A stretch of DNA of 53,583 bases from a virus (lineage: Duplodnaviria; Caudoviricetes). The first letter of the stretch is position 1. Each line of letters starts with the position of its first letter. Below the pieces are notes generated by a model. It saw only the letters and a list, made by a program, of their open reading frames with translations. It was not told the origin of the DNA and ran no database searches. The translations under genes were made by a program, and so were the position numbers. Of this stretch, positions 10,190 through 19,864 are shown piece after piece. Location: the IMG/VR virus record IMGVR_UViG_3300020172_003216, positions 1-53,583 of that record; one strand, written 5' to 3'.

Positions 10190-10197
10190 TATAAATA
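10190..10197 (+). promoter_or_regulatory. T4-type late promoter
   Basis: TATAAATA 6 nt before the ATG at 10204. Confidence 0.7.
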
Positions 10198-10203
10198 TCA
10201 TAT

Positions 10204-10638
10204 ATGAAATTCTACACTGGCATTACACTTGTTGATATCACCGCTACCGGAATAACTCGTCACAGGGCCGGACAAGAAACTGCCAGAGACCAGCAACGCA
10301 ATTGGGAAACAGTTTTACAAGTCATTGGGTTAAGATCGCAACCTCAATTGATCGAAGGCCCAATAACAGCAGAATTTAACATTGACGAATTAAGTGAATT
10401 TGGAGAAATGTATTTTGGAAAGCAGCGTGTTTGGATTTTTTGCTTTGGAGTTGAACATGAGGATGTGTTCTTAGAAGACAACGATCCAGTGGGCGGACTA
10501 GATCGAGATTTTGCCCAAGTACCTATAATTTGTGGTCTAGACGAAACAGCAAGATTTATACTACCAATTTTTTATCCCTACGGTGCTATAAAAAACATAT
10601 ACTTTAAACCTGGCAGAATCAACTTAAATACAATTTAA
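10204..10638 (+). CDS. Hypothetical phage protein
   Basis: 144-aa ORF directly after a late promoter. Confidence 0.7.
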   Translation: MKFYTGITLVDITATGITRHRAGQETARDQQRNWETVLQVIGLRSQPQLIEGPITAEFNIDELSEFGEMYFGKQRVWIFCFGVEHEDVFLEDNDPVGGLDRDFAQVPIICGLDETARFILPIFYPYGAIKNIYFKPGRINLNTI

Positions 10639-10729
10639 ATCCTGGCACTTTTAAGGCACTTTTCTTTATGGCACATTATCTAGATACATTAACAGAACCC
10701 TGCATTTTTATAGAAAGAAGCAAAACAAA

Positions 10730-10996
10730 ATGGCAGCAAGTGAAAGAAATAGCCTTGAAGCGCACGTGGATTTATGCGCTGAAAGATATAAGGCATTGGA
10801 AGAAAAACTAGACAAACTAGAACAGCGTATGCATGCGATGGAAGAACACATCATTATCATACGCACGAAACTATCAGAATCTGCAGCCGAGGCTACGAGT
10901 AAAAGTAGCGGGCAGTTGATTACTATTGGCACAGCATTTGGTGTAGCAATGCTAACTGGTTTAATAATGGTTCTTGTACAACTTATTCTAAAATAA
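10730..10996 (+). CDS. Small coiled-coil protein with C-terminal TM helix (holin/XhlA-like architecture)
   Basis: Heptads LEEKLDKLEQRMHAME, then a hydrophobic LITIG..LVQLIL segment. Confidence 0.55.
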   Translation: MAASERNSLEAHVDLCAERYKALEEKLDKLEQRMHAMEEHIIIIRTKLSESAAEATSKSSGQLITIGTAFGVAMLTGLIMVLVQLILK

Positions 10997-10998
10997 AA

Positions 10999-11205
10999 AT
11001 GAAGATAGTAGAATTATTAAATAAAGTTAGATTACCAATAACAAACGAAGAAGCAGATATCTTAGGCAAATTTAGCGAATCCGCGGAAGTATTAAAAAAA
11101 GATTTAACACCACGGGAAATACTATTAGCTAATCAATTGGTAAACAAAGACATATTATATAGAAAAAATGACGAAGGGCGCATTTACTACCGAAAGAAAA
11201 TCTAA
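10999..11205 (+). CDS. Hypothetical protein
   Basis: ORF in a tightly packed run; starts MKIVELL. Confidence 0.65.
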   Translation: MKIVELLNKVRLPITNEEADILGKFSESAEVLKKDLTPREILLANQLVNKDILYRKNDEGRIYYRKKI

Positions 11206-11743
11206 TTTTGAAGCTGCAAGAGCAGCTTTTGCAGAATTTGGACTCAATTATATTCAATCATGGACTAAACAAGAACTAGCAAAATATAGATCGGAACCTG
11301 TAGTAATTCCATTAGGAGACTACAGGTTTTTTGTTGGACCTTTTCAAATTGAGGGTATACATCAGCAGTGCTGGACAGTAAGTCAAGTTGATGATAAACA
11401 TGTTCATGACTTTGTGGACAAGATTACAGCTATTTTGTATTGTTTATATGAGACTCGCAGGCAGTTCTGGAAAGCAGCTGAACTACTAGACTTAGATAAA
11501 AAAATTGGAAAATTGAGCTCGGACATTATGTATTACGAAAAAACAATACAAGCAAGAACAAAAAAAGAAGATAGTTTCAAAAAAGATGTTGCATTGAATA
11601 GATTATCAGATGCTAGAATGCAGCGTAGAGATTCAATTCAGATTTTGAAAAAAACTTTAATTTCGGCTAAATACTTTAACTTTAGGAACAACCGCTATGA
11701 GACTAACAGAAATGGGCACCAAGCCCACAGCAAAAAAAATTAA
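11168..11743 (+). CDS. Hypothetical protein
   Basis: 191-aa ORF overlapping both neighbours. Confidence 0.6.
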   Translation: MTKGAFTTERKSNFEAARAAFAEFGLNYIQSWTKQELAKYRSEPVVIPLGDYRFFVGPFQIEGIHQQCWTVSQVDDKHVHDFVDKITAILYCLYETRRQFWKAAELLDLDKKIGKLSSDIMYYEKTIQARTKKEDSFKKDVALNRLSDARMQRRDSIQILKKTLISAKYFNFRNNRYETNRNGHQAHSKKN

Positions 11744-12374
11744 CAAAGTAATGGAAAGCCGTTTTGGCGTTAAGATTGATTATGCCAATTTGGACTTCAA
11801 ACGTGCTTATGTGCTGGCACGAGGATTAACTGAAAGCCTTGATCAAATCAAGCGCAGTCATGGAGTACATGTAGCAGAAAAGAATCCTAAGTATATGGAA
11901 CTTTTAATGGTACGTGAAGGCTTACATCGCTGGATGGTAGAAAATAAGCAACAGCTTATTATGGAAAGCGAAATGGGCAAGAGTCAAGCTATTCTAGCTG
12001 CCAAGGACATGGTTGACAGCGTTCAGGACATGCTTGAAGAAGTTAGCAAAATGCAGAACGAACAAATGCCTGCTCTACTAGATACCATCCGTGATCAAAT
12101 TGGTATGGAACAAGCAGATGCATTCAAGGCAGCAGTTGAGCCATTGCTAGCCAATATGTCTCAACAGTTAAGCTCAGCAAGAAGCACAGCAGATACCGCA
12201 GCTAGAGCATTAGCTGGTGAACAAGTGGCACAACCAATGGGTATGGGTGTTGCACCAGGAATGGCTCCAGATGTAATGCCAGCACCTGACATGGGCAGCG
12301 ATATGGATACTGATGAATTTGCAGCAACTGATGCAGCAGCTGGTCCTAACGTAATTGGCAGAGAAAAACGTTAA
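11697..12374 (+). CDS. Hypothetical helical protein, possible prohead core/scaffold-like
   Basis: AGGA RBS; MRLTEM start, internal LIMESE, helical body, acidic Pro/Met-rich tail. Confidence 0.6.
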   Translation: MRLTEMGTKPTAKKINKVMESRFGVKIDYANLDFKRAYVLARGLTESLDQIKRSHGVHVAEKNPKYMELLMVREGLHRWMVENKQQLIMESEMGKSQAILAAKDMVDSVQDMLEEVSKMQNEQMPALLDTIRDQIGMEQADAFKAAVEPLLANMSQQLSSARSTADTAARALAGEQVAQPMGMGVAPGMAPDVMPAPDMGSDMDTDEFAATDAAAGPNVIGREKR

Positions 12375-12784
12375 TGCGTATTCGTGAAATTATTACCGAG
12401 GACACAATTGATGAAATCCTCGAGGACGAAGCAGCAGATCCTGCAATTCTTGATTTAATGAATATTCTTGAAACTATGAGAAACCGCGCTCACGACAGTC
12501 ATGCTGTACCACGAGTGCGGGCCGATTCATTGATCAATTTAGTACAAATGCAGCATCCACAATTCACCTTAGATACACTAGATCAGGCTATGTCTAACAA
12601 TGAAGCCTTAAAATCTTTAATTAAAGATATCAAAGATGATGCCACTGGTGTAAAATATGTGTATCTTACTCCATTTGCCGACGACGAAGAAGAGGCAGCA
12701 ATCGGTGATCCAAACGCACCAAGAACTCCACCAGAGCGCACGGTAGACTCAATGGCCAAATCAGCTCTTGCAAAACGTAGTTAA
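12374..12784 (+). CDS. Hypothetical acidic protein, possible head-internal protein
   Basis: Starts MRIREIITE; translationally coupled (TAATG). Confidence 0.65.
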   Translation: MRIREIITEDTIDEILEDEAADPAILDLMNILETMRNRAHDSHAVPRVRADSLINLVQMQHPQFTLDTLDQAMSNNEALKSLIKDIKDDATGVKYVYLTPFADDEEEAAIGDPNAPRTPPERTVDSMAKSALAKRS

Positions 12785-12796
12785 ATAATTTATACT
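12768..12796 (+). promoter_or_regulatory. sigma70-like promoter with nested late box, upstream of iscU
   Basis: TTGCAA-17-TATACT, with TTAAATA (12781-87) inside the spacer. Confidence 0.6.
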
Positions 12797-12815
12797 ATAC
12801 TATTAGGAGATAGCA

Positions 12816-13196
12816 ATGGCTTACTCAGGTCAAGTCTTGGATCACTATGAGAATCCAAGAAATGTTGGCAAACTAGACAAAAATGATCCCAATGTAGGAA
12901 CCGGTTTAGTTGGTGCACCAGCTTGCGGAGATGTATTACAGCTTCAAATCAAAGTAGAAGATAATGTTATTACTGATGCCAAGTTCAAGACCTATGGTTG
13001 CGGCTCGGCAATTGCAAGTTCGTCGCTTGTTTCAGAATGGGTCAAGGGCAAGACTCTTGAAGAAGCCGGGGAGATTAAAAATACGCAAATTGCAGAAGAG
13101 CTTGCTCTCCCTCCTGTAAAAATACACTGTTCTATATTAGCCGAAGACGCAATCAAAGCAGCACTAACTGATTATAAAAATAAACAAAATGCTTAA
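12816..13196 (+). CDS. iscU: Fe-S cluster scaffold IscU
   Basis: MAYS..VLDHYENPRNVG, GAPACGD, FKTYGCGSAIASSS, LPPVKIHCS. Confidence 0.97.
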   Translation: MAYSGQVLDHYENPRNVGKLDKNDPNVGTGLVGAPACGDVLQLQIKVEDNVITDAKFKTYGCGSAIASSSLVSEWVKGKTLEEAGEIKNTQIAEELALPPVKIHCSILAEDAIKAALTDYKNKQNA

Positions 13197-14913
13197 AGTT
13201 TTATTTTATCATGCAAATGATACAATCCGTAATGACGCCGATAAAATAATATTTTTAGGTGTTGCAGCTTTATATTTAAAAACATGGATAGATCAAAATC
13301 GACCCAATATTGGAGAACAAATTCAATGGAGTGTACCAATTCAAAAAAAATTGTCAGATGAAGAATTAGTGCTTTTATTAAATAGAGAAAAACCTGATCT
13401 ATTTTGTAGCAGCCACTATATTTGGAATGATAGCTTTATTTGTGGTCAACTTAATAGAATTAAAAACTTGGTACCCGAGGATATTTGTTTTGTTGCCGGG
13501 GGGCCAAGTATTAATGTAAATATTGATCTAGATTTTTTCAATAAAAATCCGTTCGCTGATTATGCAATATATGGTGCAGGAGAGGTTGCTTTTGCAGATA
13601 TAGCCGAAAGTGTTTTGAGTCGTAAAAAGTTAATTGCTTTTAATACATCAAATGTTGCGTGGCATAACAAACAACAACAAAAAACTGTTGTTGCTGATTT
13701 TAAGTATGTTCCGCAATTGTCAATTAGTCCTTATACAAGCAATATTGATTTATTTACAAAAATGGTACAAAGTGAAAGCAATAGAGGGGTTAGTGTAGTT
13801 ATTCCCTATGATTTAACTAGAGGATGCCCTTATAGTTGCACGTTCTGCGACTGGAATAGTGGATTAACAAATAAAACCACTAGACGTAAAAATAGCTACA
13901 AGGAAGAAATTGACCTATTTCAAAAATTAGAGATTAAAAATATATATCTAGCAGACGCCAATGTTGGGCAATATCAAGAAGATATTGACATGATAGAATA
14001 TATGGGCAACAAGAATATTTTTGAAAATGCTGGTTTTAAAATTGACGGAAATTTTAGTAAATTAAGAAAAGAAAATAATTTAAAAATATATCATTTATTA
14101 GCTAAAGCAAATTTAATTACAGATTATGCAGGATTCACAATATCAGTGCAAGATATCAATAAAACCATTTTAGAAAATATTGATAGACCGGATGTAGGGT
14201 GGGATGTCCATCTTTCAATGATCAAGGAACTTAAACAAGCATATCCTCATATTAGCTCAAAAATTCAGTTAATACAGGGTTTACCTGGACAAACAGTTAA
14301 TTCGTGGAGGAAAACACTTAGTGAAATTAGCAAGCACGATTTGCAATTACAAATTTTTATAAGCGAGCTATTGCCAGCGAGCCCGGCAGCAAGAGATAAA
14401 AGCTATCAAGAAAAGTTTAAATTTGTATATAGTTCAAGCGAACGATTTAACGGAGAACACTATTTTAATGCAACGTTTCCTGCATCGTGTGTAAGCTTTA
14501 ATCAAAAAGATTTTGTAAAAATGACTATTTTATCTCACATCTATTCTGCATTGACTCAATTTAGAACTCAGTCAATTGCAGTTTTTAACTTAGAAAAAGT
14601 CGTTGATGATTTTCTAAAGTCGCCGATGTATAAAGCAGTTGAAGAAAATTTGTATTCTAATTGGATTAATTATAATAAGTTTTACTACACAATAGGTTTA
14701 GATGGAAATAAACTAGATGGTAAAGGTTGTCTTACTGCATGTTATATATTTAATACTGGCACGGCATGGATATACAATCATAAACTTTTATATCTAATTG
14801 CTAAAAATCTTGAACCAGGTGTATTAACTCCTGGCGAGTTTATAAAGAACAGTATTAAAAAAGAAGGCAAATCTGTAAATGTAAAATTCAAAAGTCTTAC
14901 AGGATACGAATGA
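13189..14913 (+). CDS. Cobalamin-binding radical SAM enzyme
   Basis: N-terminal B12-binding-like SHYIWN..VAGGP..GAGE; TRGCPYSCTFCDW; ADANVG; IQGLPGQT. Confidence 0.85.
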   Translation: MLKVLFYHANDTIRNDADKIIFLGVAALYLKTWIDQNRPNIGEQIQWSVPIQKKLSDEELVLLLNREKPDLFCSSHYIWNDSFICGQLNRIKNLVPEDICFVAGGPSINVNIDLDFFNKNPFADYAIYGAGEVAFADIAESVLSRKKLIAFNTSNVAWHNKQQQKTVVADFKYVPQLSISPYTSNIDLFTKMVQSESNRGVSVVIPYDLTRGCPYSCTFCDWNSGLTNKTTRRKNSYKEEIDLFQKLEIKNIYLADANVGQYQEDIDMIEYMGNKNIFENAGFKIDGNFSKLRKENNLKIYHLLAKANLITDYAGFTISVQDINKTILENIDRPDVGWDVHLSMIKELKQAYPHISSKIQLIQGLPGQTVNSWRKTLSEISKHDLQLQIFISELLPASPAARDKSYQEKFKFVYSSSERFNGEHYFNATFPASCVSFNQKDFVKMTILSHIYSALTQFRTQSIAVFNLEKVVDDFLKSPMYKAVEENLYSNWINYNKFYYTIGLDGNKLDGKGCLTACYIFNTGTAWIYNHKLLYLIAKNLEPGVLTPGEFIKNSIKKEGKSVNVKFKSLTGYE

Positions 14914-15239
14914 TGATTGTTTTAACTGAATTAGCAGCTAAAAAAGTTCAACAACACCTAACAAAGCGCGGCAAGGGCTGCGGCATAATGATTGGAGTTC
15001 GCACAACAGGCTGTTCGGGATTAGCTTATAAACTAGAATACGTCGATGCTCCGCCGATCACCAGAGACTGGATGACATACGACAGTAATGGCGTTAAGAT
15101 TTATGTTAATGGAAAAGATCTACCATATGTAAATGGATTGACAATGGACTACAAGCGGCAAGGACTCAATGAAGGATTTGAGTTCGTCAACCCAAATGAA
15201 CGCGACCGCTGCGGTTGCGGCGAAAGTTTTCGAGTTTAA
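14910..15239 (+). CDS. iscA: Fe-S cluster A-type carrier IscA
   Basis: GVRTTGCSGLAY, GLNEGFEFVNPN, CGCGESF. Confidence 0.95.
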   Translation: MMIVLTELAAKKVQQHLTKRGKGCGIMIGVRTTGCSGLAYKLEYVDAPPITRDWMTYDSNGVKIYVNGKDLPYVNGLTMDYKRQGLNEGFEFVNPNERDRCGCGESFRV

Positions 15240-16346
15240 ATGATAGCGGTTTATACAGACAGTAAATTTTTTGATGATTACTGGTTAAATAAACTATCTT
15301 TTCCCTCGGAATATATTTTGTGTCATAGCAGGCATGAGTATAGTGCTGCACAAGCAAATAAAAAAATAGCTTTTACTACAGAACAGTTTGCACTAGATTA
15401 CGACATTGGTGATCCACCACGGCCACCTTGGCCATACTTGCCAAGACCAGACTTCCCTGATAAAATAAATGAATTAAGTTTGATCAGTGATTTAGTGTTT
15501 ACGTTCGGCGGCGAATTGCATAGCCATCAATGGGCAACCTGGGATAAATGTCATCATGATAATGTCTATTGGGTTATACCTGGGACCGTAACACAACCAT
15601 CGGTACTTAAAAACAATATTATTATATGGCATGATTGGTTACAGATTATAGCAAATTTATACAAAGATCATTGGCCCGACAAGTTAGCAGAAATTTCATA
15701 TAACTTACCTAAACCTAAATATTTTGATGCTTTATTAGGGCAGAAAAGAATCAACAGAGATGCAGTGTATGAGGGTGTTATTAATAATAACCTCCAAGAC
15801 AAATTTATAATGACATATTTAGGTGATGGCCCAATTACTGATAAAAGTGATTTTATATGGGAGAAAGACTGTTTCCCGGCTGAATCAAAAATGCATGGCA
15901 CAGTTAGTCGTTGTACATATAATGGTATAGAAATATTTTTAAGCAGAGTAATACCAATTGACGTTTTTAATCAAACAGCTTATAGTATAGTAGCTGAAAC
16001 TAATATAGATAATACAATAAGTTTTTATACAGAAAAAATTGCCAAGCCTATAATTGCCCGCAGACTGTTTGTGGTATTTACTGGTTATAAATTTTTAGAA
16101 AATTTGCGTAGTGCAGGATTTAAAACTTTTGATGGCATAATTGATGAAAGTTATGATCAGATATTAGATGATGTTGCTAGATATAGTGCAGCTATGGAAC
16201 AAGTAAAATTCTTATGCAATGCAGATCAAGTTAAAATATACAATAAAACAAAAGATATTCTTGAACATAACTACAATCTACTAACAGCAACTGACTGGAA
16301 TAAAGTAGTAATAGATCAGATCCAACAAAAAATAAATTCATTATGA
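15240..16346 (+). CDS. Putative glycosyltransferase (GT10-like C-terminus), paralog A
   Basis: IVAETN..FYTEKIAKP..F..GFKTFDGIIDESYD. Confidence 0.5.
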   Translation: MIAVYTDSKFFDDYWLNKLSFPSEYILCHSRHEYSAAQANKKIAFTTEQFALDYDIGDPPRPPWPYLPRPDFPDKINELSLISDLVFTFGGELHSHQWATWDKCHHDNVYWVIPGTVTQPSVLKNNIIIWHDWLQIIANLYKDHWPDKLAEISYNLPKPKYFDALLGQKRINRDAVYEGVINNNLQDKFIMTYLGDGPITDKSDFIWEKDCFPAESKMHGTVSRCTYNGIEIFLSRVIPIDVFNQTAYSIVAETNIDNTISFYTEKIAKPIIARRLFVVFTGYKFLENLRSAGFKTFDGIIDESYDQILDDVARYSAAMEQVKFLCNADQVKIYNKTKDILEHNYNLLTATDWNKVVIDQIQQKINSL

Positions 16347-17317
16347 TAGAAATTTCTGATGACAAAATTACTATAAGACCAGGTGCTTTTATTACTAAAA
16401 ATTATCAAACAATACAGCTACCACAATTGGAAGATGCTATTATACAAAATTATAGAGGGCAAGATTTAATTTTTGATGACTTCGATGGCACTAATATCAA
16501 GCTTCCTAACTTTATTAGTTGCGTGGATAATATTCGAACAGCACTAGACATTCCTATAGAGAAAATTTTATTCAAAACACAAATAAAACCGCCAGAACCG
16601 TATCATTGGATACCGCAACGGGACTATTATTTAATTCCAGACTTTGATCTTAATCAGTTTAATAAAGATTTATCAAATGCTAAATTTGTAGGGTGCCTTG
16701 GCGGCAGTCGTGCTAGTATGATGCGGGCCAGGATGTTGTATGAAATATTTGCCACATTTGGAGAAGACACTTTCTTAACTTGTGCTAAAGATTCATATAT
16801 TAATGCACTAAATTTCTGCAAATTCTTTAACGGGGAGTTTGTTTTTAATAAAGAAATTGATTGGATACAAAATAAACAGTTCAACAATGATATGCATGAG
16901 CATGGTCTTGACATGAATGTTGCGGCACAAGAATATCCAAAAATTTGGAATAAATTTAAAATTGAAGTAGTAATGGAAACTGATGAGTATCTCAGAGAAA
17001 GAATTACAGATAAACTAGCCAAAGTATTGTCAACTGGCAAACCCTTTGTGCTCTTAAGTGGCAAAGATTCTTTACAACATTTACAAGACTTAGGATTTAA
17101 AACTTTTTCTGATTGTTTGGACGAATCATATGATCAGTATTTGTTGCCATCATTGAGGATACGTGCTATAATAGATAGTCTAAATAAATTATATAATCGC
17201 CCGGACAGAGAAAGAATTATAGAAAATATGTATAATATTGCTCAGGAAAATATTAAAGTATATAACAAGATTTGCATAACAGATCCAACATCCAAAATGA
17301 AATATCTATTAAAATGA
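16343..17317 (+). CDS. Putative glycosyltransferase (GT10-like), paralog B
   Basis: VVMETD..ITDKLAKV..PF..GFKTFSDCLDESYD. Confidence 0.5.
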   Translation: MIEISDDKITIRPGAFITKNYQTIQLPQLEDAIIQNYRGQDLIFDDFDGTNIKLPNFISCVDNIRTALDIPIEKILFKTQIKPPEPYHWIPQRDYYLIPDFDLNQFNKDLSNAKFVGCLGGSRASMMRARMLYEIFATFGEDTFLTCAKDSYINALNFCKFFNGEFVFNKEIDWIQNKQFNNDMHEHGLDMNVAAQEYPKIWNKFKIEVVMETDEYLRERITDKLAKVLSTGKPFVLLSGKDSLQHLQDLGFKTFSDCLDESYDQYLLPSLRIRAIIDSLNKLYNRPDRERIIENMYNIAQENIKVYNKICITDPTSKMKYLLK

Positions 17318-18012
17318 TTATACCAAAATTTGATTATACTCCACTAGCCAGAGAAAGCGTAGAGGGCAAGCGCCATTATGCCCTGCCTGATGGCAGCAGA
17401 GTTCCTAGCGTCACTACAATTCTAGACAAAACAAAACCCGCAGAAGCCAAGCAAAAACTTCAAGAGTGGCGCAATAGAGTTGGCGCGGAGCGGGCACAAC
17501 AAATTACCACAGAAGCTGCCAACCGCGGAACACGTATGCACACCTATCTTGAGCGGTACGTTAAAAACGATGATATTGGTGCGTTCCCTACAAATCCGTT
17601 TGCACAGCCCAGCTGGTTTATGGCAGCACAAGTTATTTTAGAAGGATTAGGAAATGTTGATGAATATTGGGGTTGCGAGGTGCCTTTATACTACTCTGGG
17701 CTTTATGCTGGTACTACTGACTGTGTCGGGGTATGGAAAGGACAGCCTGCAATCATGGATTTTAAGCAAACGAATAAGCCTAAGAAACGCGAATGGATCG
17801 ACGATTATTTTCTACAGCTCGCAGCATATGCGGCAGCTCACAATGACACACACGGAACAGATATTAGAACAGGTGTCATTCTTATGTGTACTAAACCAGC
17901 TGATGACGATTCAACCCCACAGTACCAGGAATTTGTGCTAGAACCCCAGGATTTTCAGTACTGGAGCGATCAGTGGATGCGTAGAGTTGAGCTCTACTAT
18001 CTAACAAGCTAA
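17314..18012 (+). CDS. PD-(D/E)XK exonuclease
   Basis: PSVTTIL, RGTRMH, YAGTTD, IMDFKQ, YFLQLAAYA. Start at the ATGA overlap (17314). Confidence 0.85.
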   Translation: MIIPKFDYTPLARESVEGKRHYALPDGSRVPSVTTILDKTKPAEAKQKLQEWRNRVGAERAQQITTEAANRGTRMHTYLERYVKNDDIGAFPTNPFAQPSWFMAAQVILEGLGNVDEYWGCEVPLYYSGLYAGTTDCVGVWKGQPAIMDFKQTNKPKKREWIDDYFLQLAAYAAAHNDTHGTDIRTGVILMCTKPADDDSTPQYQEFVLEPQDFQYWSDQWMRRVELYYLTS

Positions 18013-18036
18013 ATACACAATAATTGAGGATTTAGC

Positions 18037-19398
18037 ATGGCCGTTACACAGATAAGCAGAATTCAACATCGTAGGGGGTTAGAGCAAGATCTCCCGCAAC
18101 TTGCTTCAGCTGAATTTGGCTGGAGTTTAGACACCAGAAAACTTTACATTGGTAATGGTACGTTAGATGAAGGTGCACCCACTTTAGGCATAACCGAAAT
18201 TTTAACCCAATATTCTGATTTAACTGCATTGCTTGGAACCTACACATTTGTAGGAAATGCGACAGGATTTGCAGTACAAACTGGCAGCAGTTTATTAAAT
18301 CCAGCTGTTCGCAGTTTCCAACAAAAATTTGATGATTTCGTCAATGTAAGAGATTTTGGCGCAACAGGAAACGGTCTTGACGACGATTATGCTGCTATTA
18401 ATAGAGCCATTACTCAAATTTATAGAACAAGTTTAAATGAAAACGATCCACGTACTCGTAGAACAATATATCTACCAGGCGGTACATATCTAACATCCAA
18501 TACTATACAAATACCACCTTATGCTAGACTAGTAGGGGATGGAATTGATAGCACAATCATCAAGGCAAAGTTTGGTAATTTAGCAGTAGCTAACTTATGT
18601 GATTCTTCTTTTAACTCAGGGCCATTGATTGGTTCGGGCACAGCTATATTGCCGCAAGGCATTGAAATTAGCGGAATGTCGTTTATTAATCGGAGCGCCG
18701 GAGTAAATTATCCTATTTTAAATATTGACAGCGCATCTAATATTAGAATAGTAAACACTCATTTTGGGTCCAATGTTTCGGCTAGTGTTTATCCAAATGT
18801 CGTTCATATCTATAGTACAGTTTCCCCTGTAAATGCTATTACTTTTGATGGTTGCCATTTTATTGGTGGCGGCAACGGAATCGTTAATTTTGGAACTACC
18901 ACTAGAGCGTTGAATATAATGAATAGCAGATATGAGAATCTTTCTAATCTTGCTCTTGTAATGAATGCTATTGATTCTATATCATCAATAAACAACTATT
19001 ACGCAGGACAAGCAGGTGTATCGAGCAAAAATTCAGCTACAACGTTTTTTGGATTTGGTGAAACATTTCAAACTGGATCTGACCCTTCAACCGGTATGTT
19101 TTTGGGTAATTTGTTAACAGGAATGGCAAGAGGGGTAGCATTAAGTGGTACAACTTATGTTGCAGGACTTGTGCCTAATACCTCGGGAAAAGTAAGATAT
19201 GAAATTAGCAACAGTTCAGCTAAAAGATTTGGTTCATTTACATTCTCAACTGACGGTACGTATAGCAATTTCACCGATTCTTATACCGAATCAAATATTA
19301 GTTTAGGTGCAAATTTGTTTGCTAATTCTGATAGTCTTATTTGTTCTTTAAATTCTGGTACAGGCACCTTAAAATATAGTTTTACACAATTTGTATAA
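18037..19398 (+). CDS. Tail-associated protein with pectate-lyase-like beta-helix
   Basis: N-terminal IQHRRG..LASAEFGW..KLYIGNG phage fibre-type motif; VNVRDFGATGNGLDDDYAAI..IYLPGGTY; CTAAATA box at 18009-15. Confidence 0.75.
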   Translation: MAVTQISRIQHRRGLEQDLPQLASAEFGWSLDTRKLYIGNGTLDEGAPTLGITEILTQYSDLTALLGTYTFVGNATGFAVQTGSSLLNPAVRSFQQKFDDFVNVRDFGATGNGLDDDYAAINRAITQIYRTSLNENDPRTRRTIYLPGGTYLTSNTIQIPPYARLVGDGIDSTIIKAKFGNLAVANLCDSSFNSGPLIGSGTAILPQGIEISGMSFINRSAGVNYPILNIDSASNIRIVNTHFGSNVSASVYPNVVHIYSTVSPVNAITFDGCHFIGGGNGIVNFGTTTRALNIMNSRYENLSNLALVMNAIDSISSINNYYAGQAGVSSKNSATTFFGFGETFQTGSDPSTGMFLGNLLTGMARGVALSGTTYVAGLVPNTSGKVRYEISNSSAKRFGSFTFSTDGTYSNFTDSYTESNISLGANLFANSDSLICSLNSGTGTLKYSFTQFV

Positions 19399-19405
19399 TT
19401 AATAA

Positions 19406-19855
19406 ATGTTCAAATTATCTACTAGTAGGCGATTGGCCTATTGGAAGAATTTTCGAAATCAACTTGGCTCTATGCCATTAAAAAAAGCACTAGAAGCTAC
19501 TCAACAACTATGGCAATTGTGTCCGTTTACTCCTTTTTATCTGAATATCGAGCAGCCTGACTCATGGCCAAATCCTTGGGAATTAATTTCAGAAAACTAC
19601 TATTGTGATCTTGCTAAAGCTTTGGGAATAGTGTATACTTTACATCTAAGCGACCATGGCAAAGATCTTAGCCCAGAAATACGAGTATATAATGATACAG
19701 TTAGTCATTACCTTTACCATATAGCATACTTTGCCGATGGGAAATATGTTCTTAATTTGATTGAGGACGAGGTCGTAAATAAAGAACACATTAATCAACA
19801 ATTAAACTTAAAATATTGCTATACAGCAATAGATTTAAAATTAGAACAATACTAG
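19406..19855 (+). CDS. Hypothetical protein, possible transglutaminase-like Cys peptidase fold
   Basis: WPNPWELI..YCDLAKAL..YTL, YHIA and YVLN resemble BTLCP motif spacing. Confidence 0.4.
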   Translation: MFKLSTSRRLAYWKNFRNQLGSMPLKKALEATQQLWQLCPFTPFYLNIEQPDSWPNPWELISENYYCDLAKALGIVYTLHLSDHGKDLSPEIRVYNDTVSHYLYHIAYFADGKYVLNLIEDEVVNKEHINQQLNLKYCYTAIDLKLEQY

Positions 19856-19864
19856 AGGCAATAA

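Noticed and set aside
17314-18012. Cas4 / CRISPR adaptation gene
   Set aside because: It has a PD-(D/E)XK core but no clear four-Cys Fe-S arrangement, and no cas genes or array are nearby; it is an ordinary phage exonuclease.
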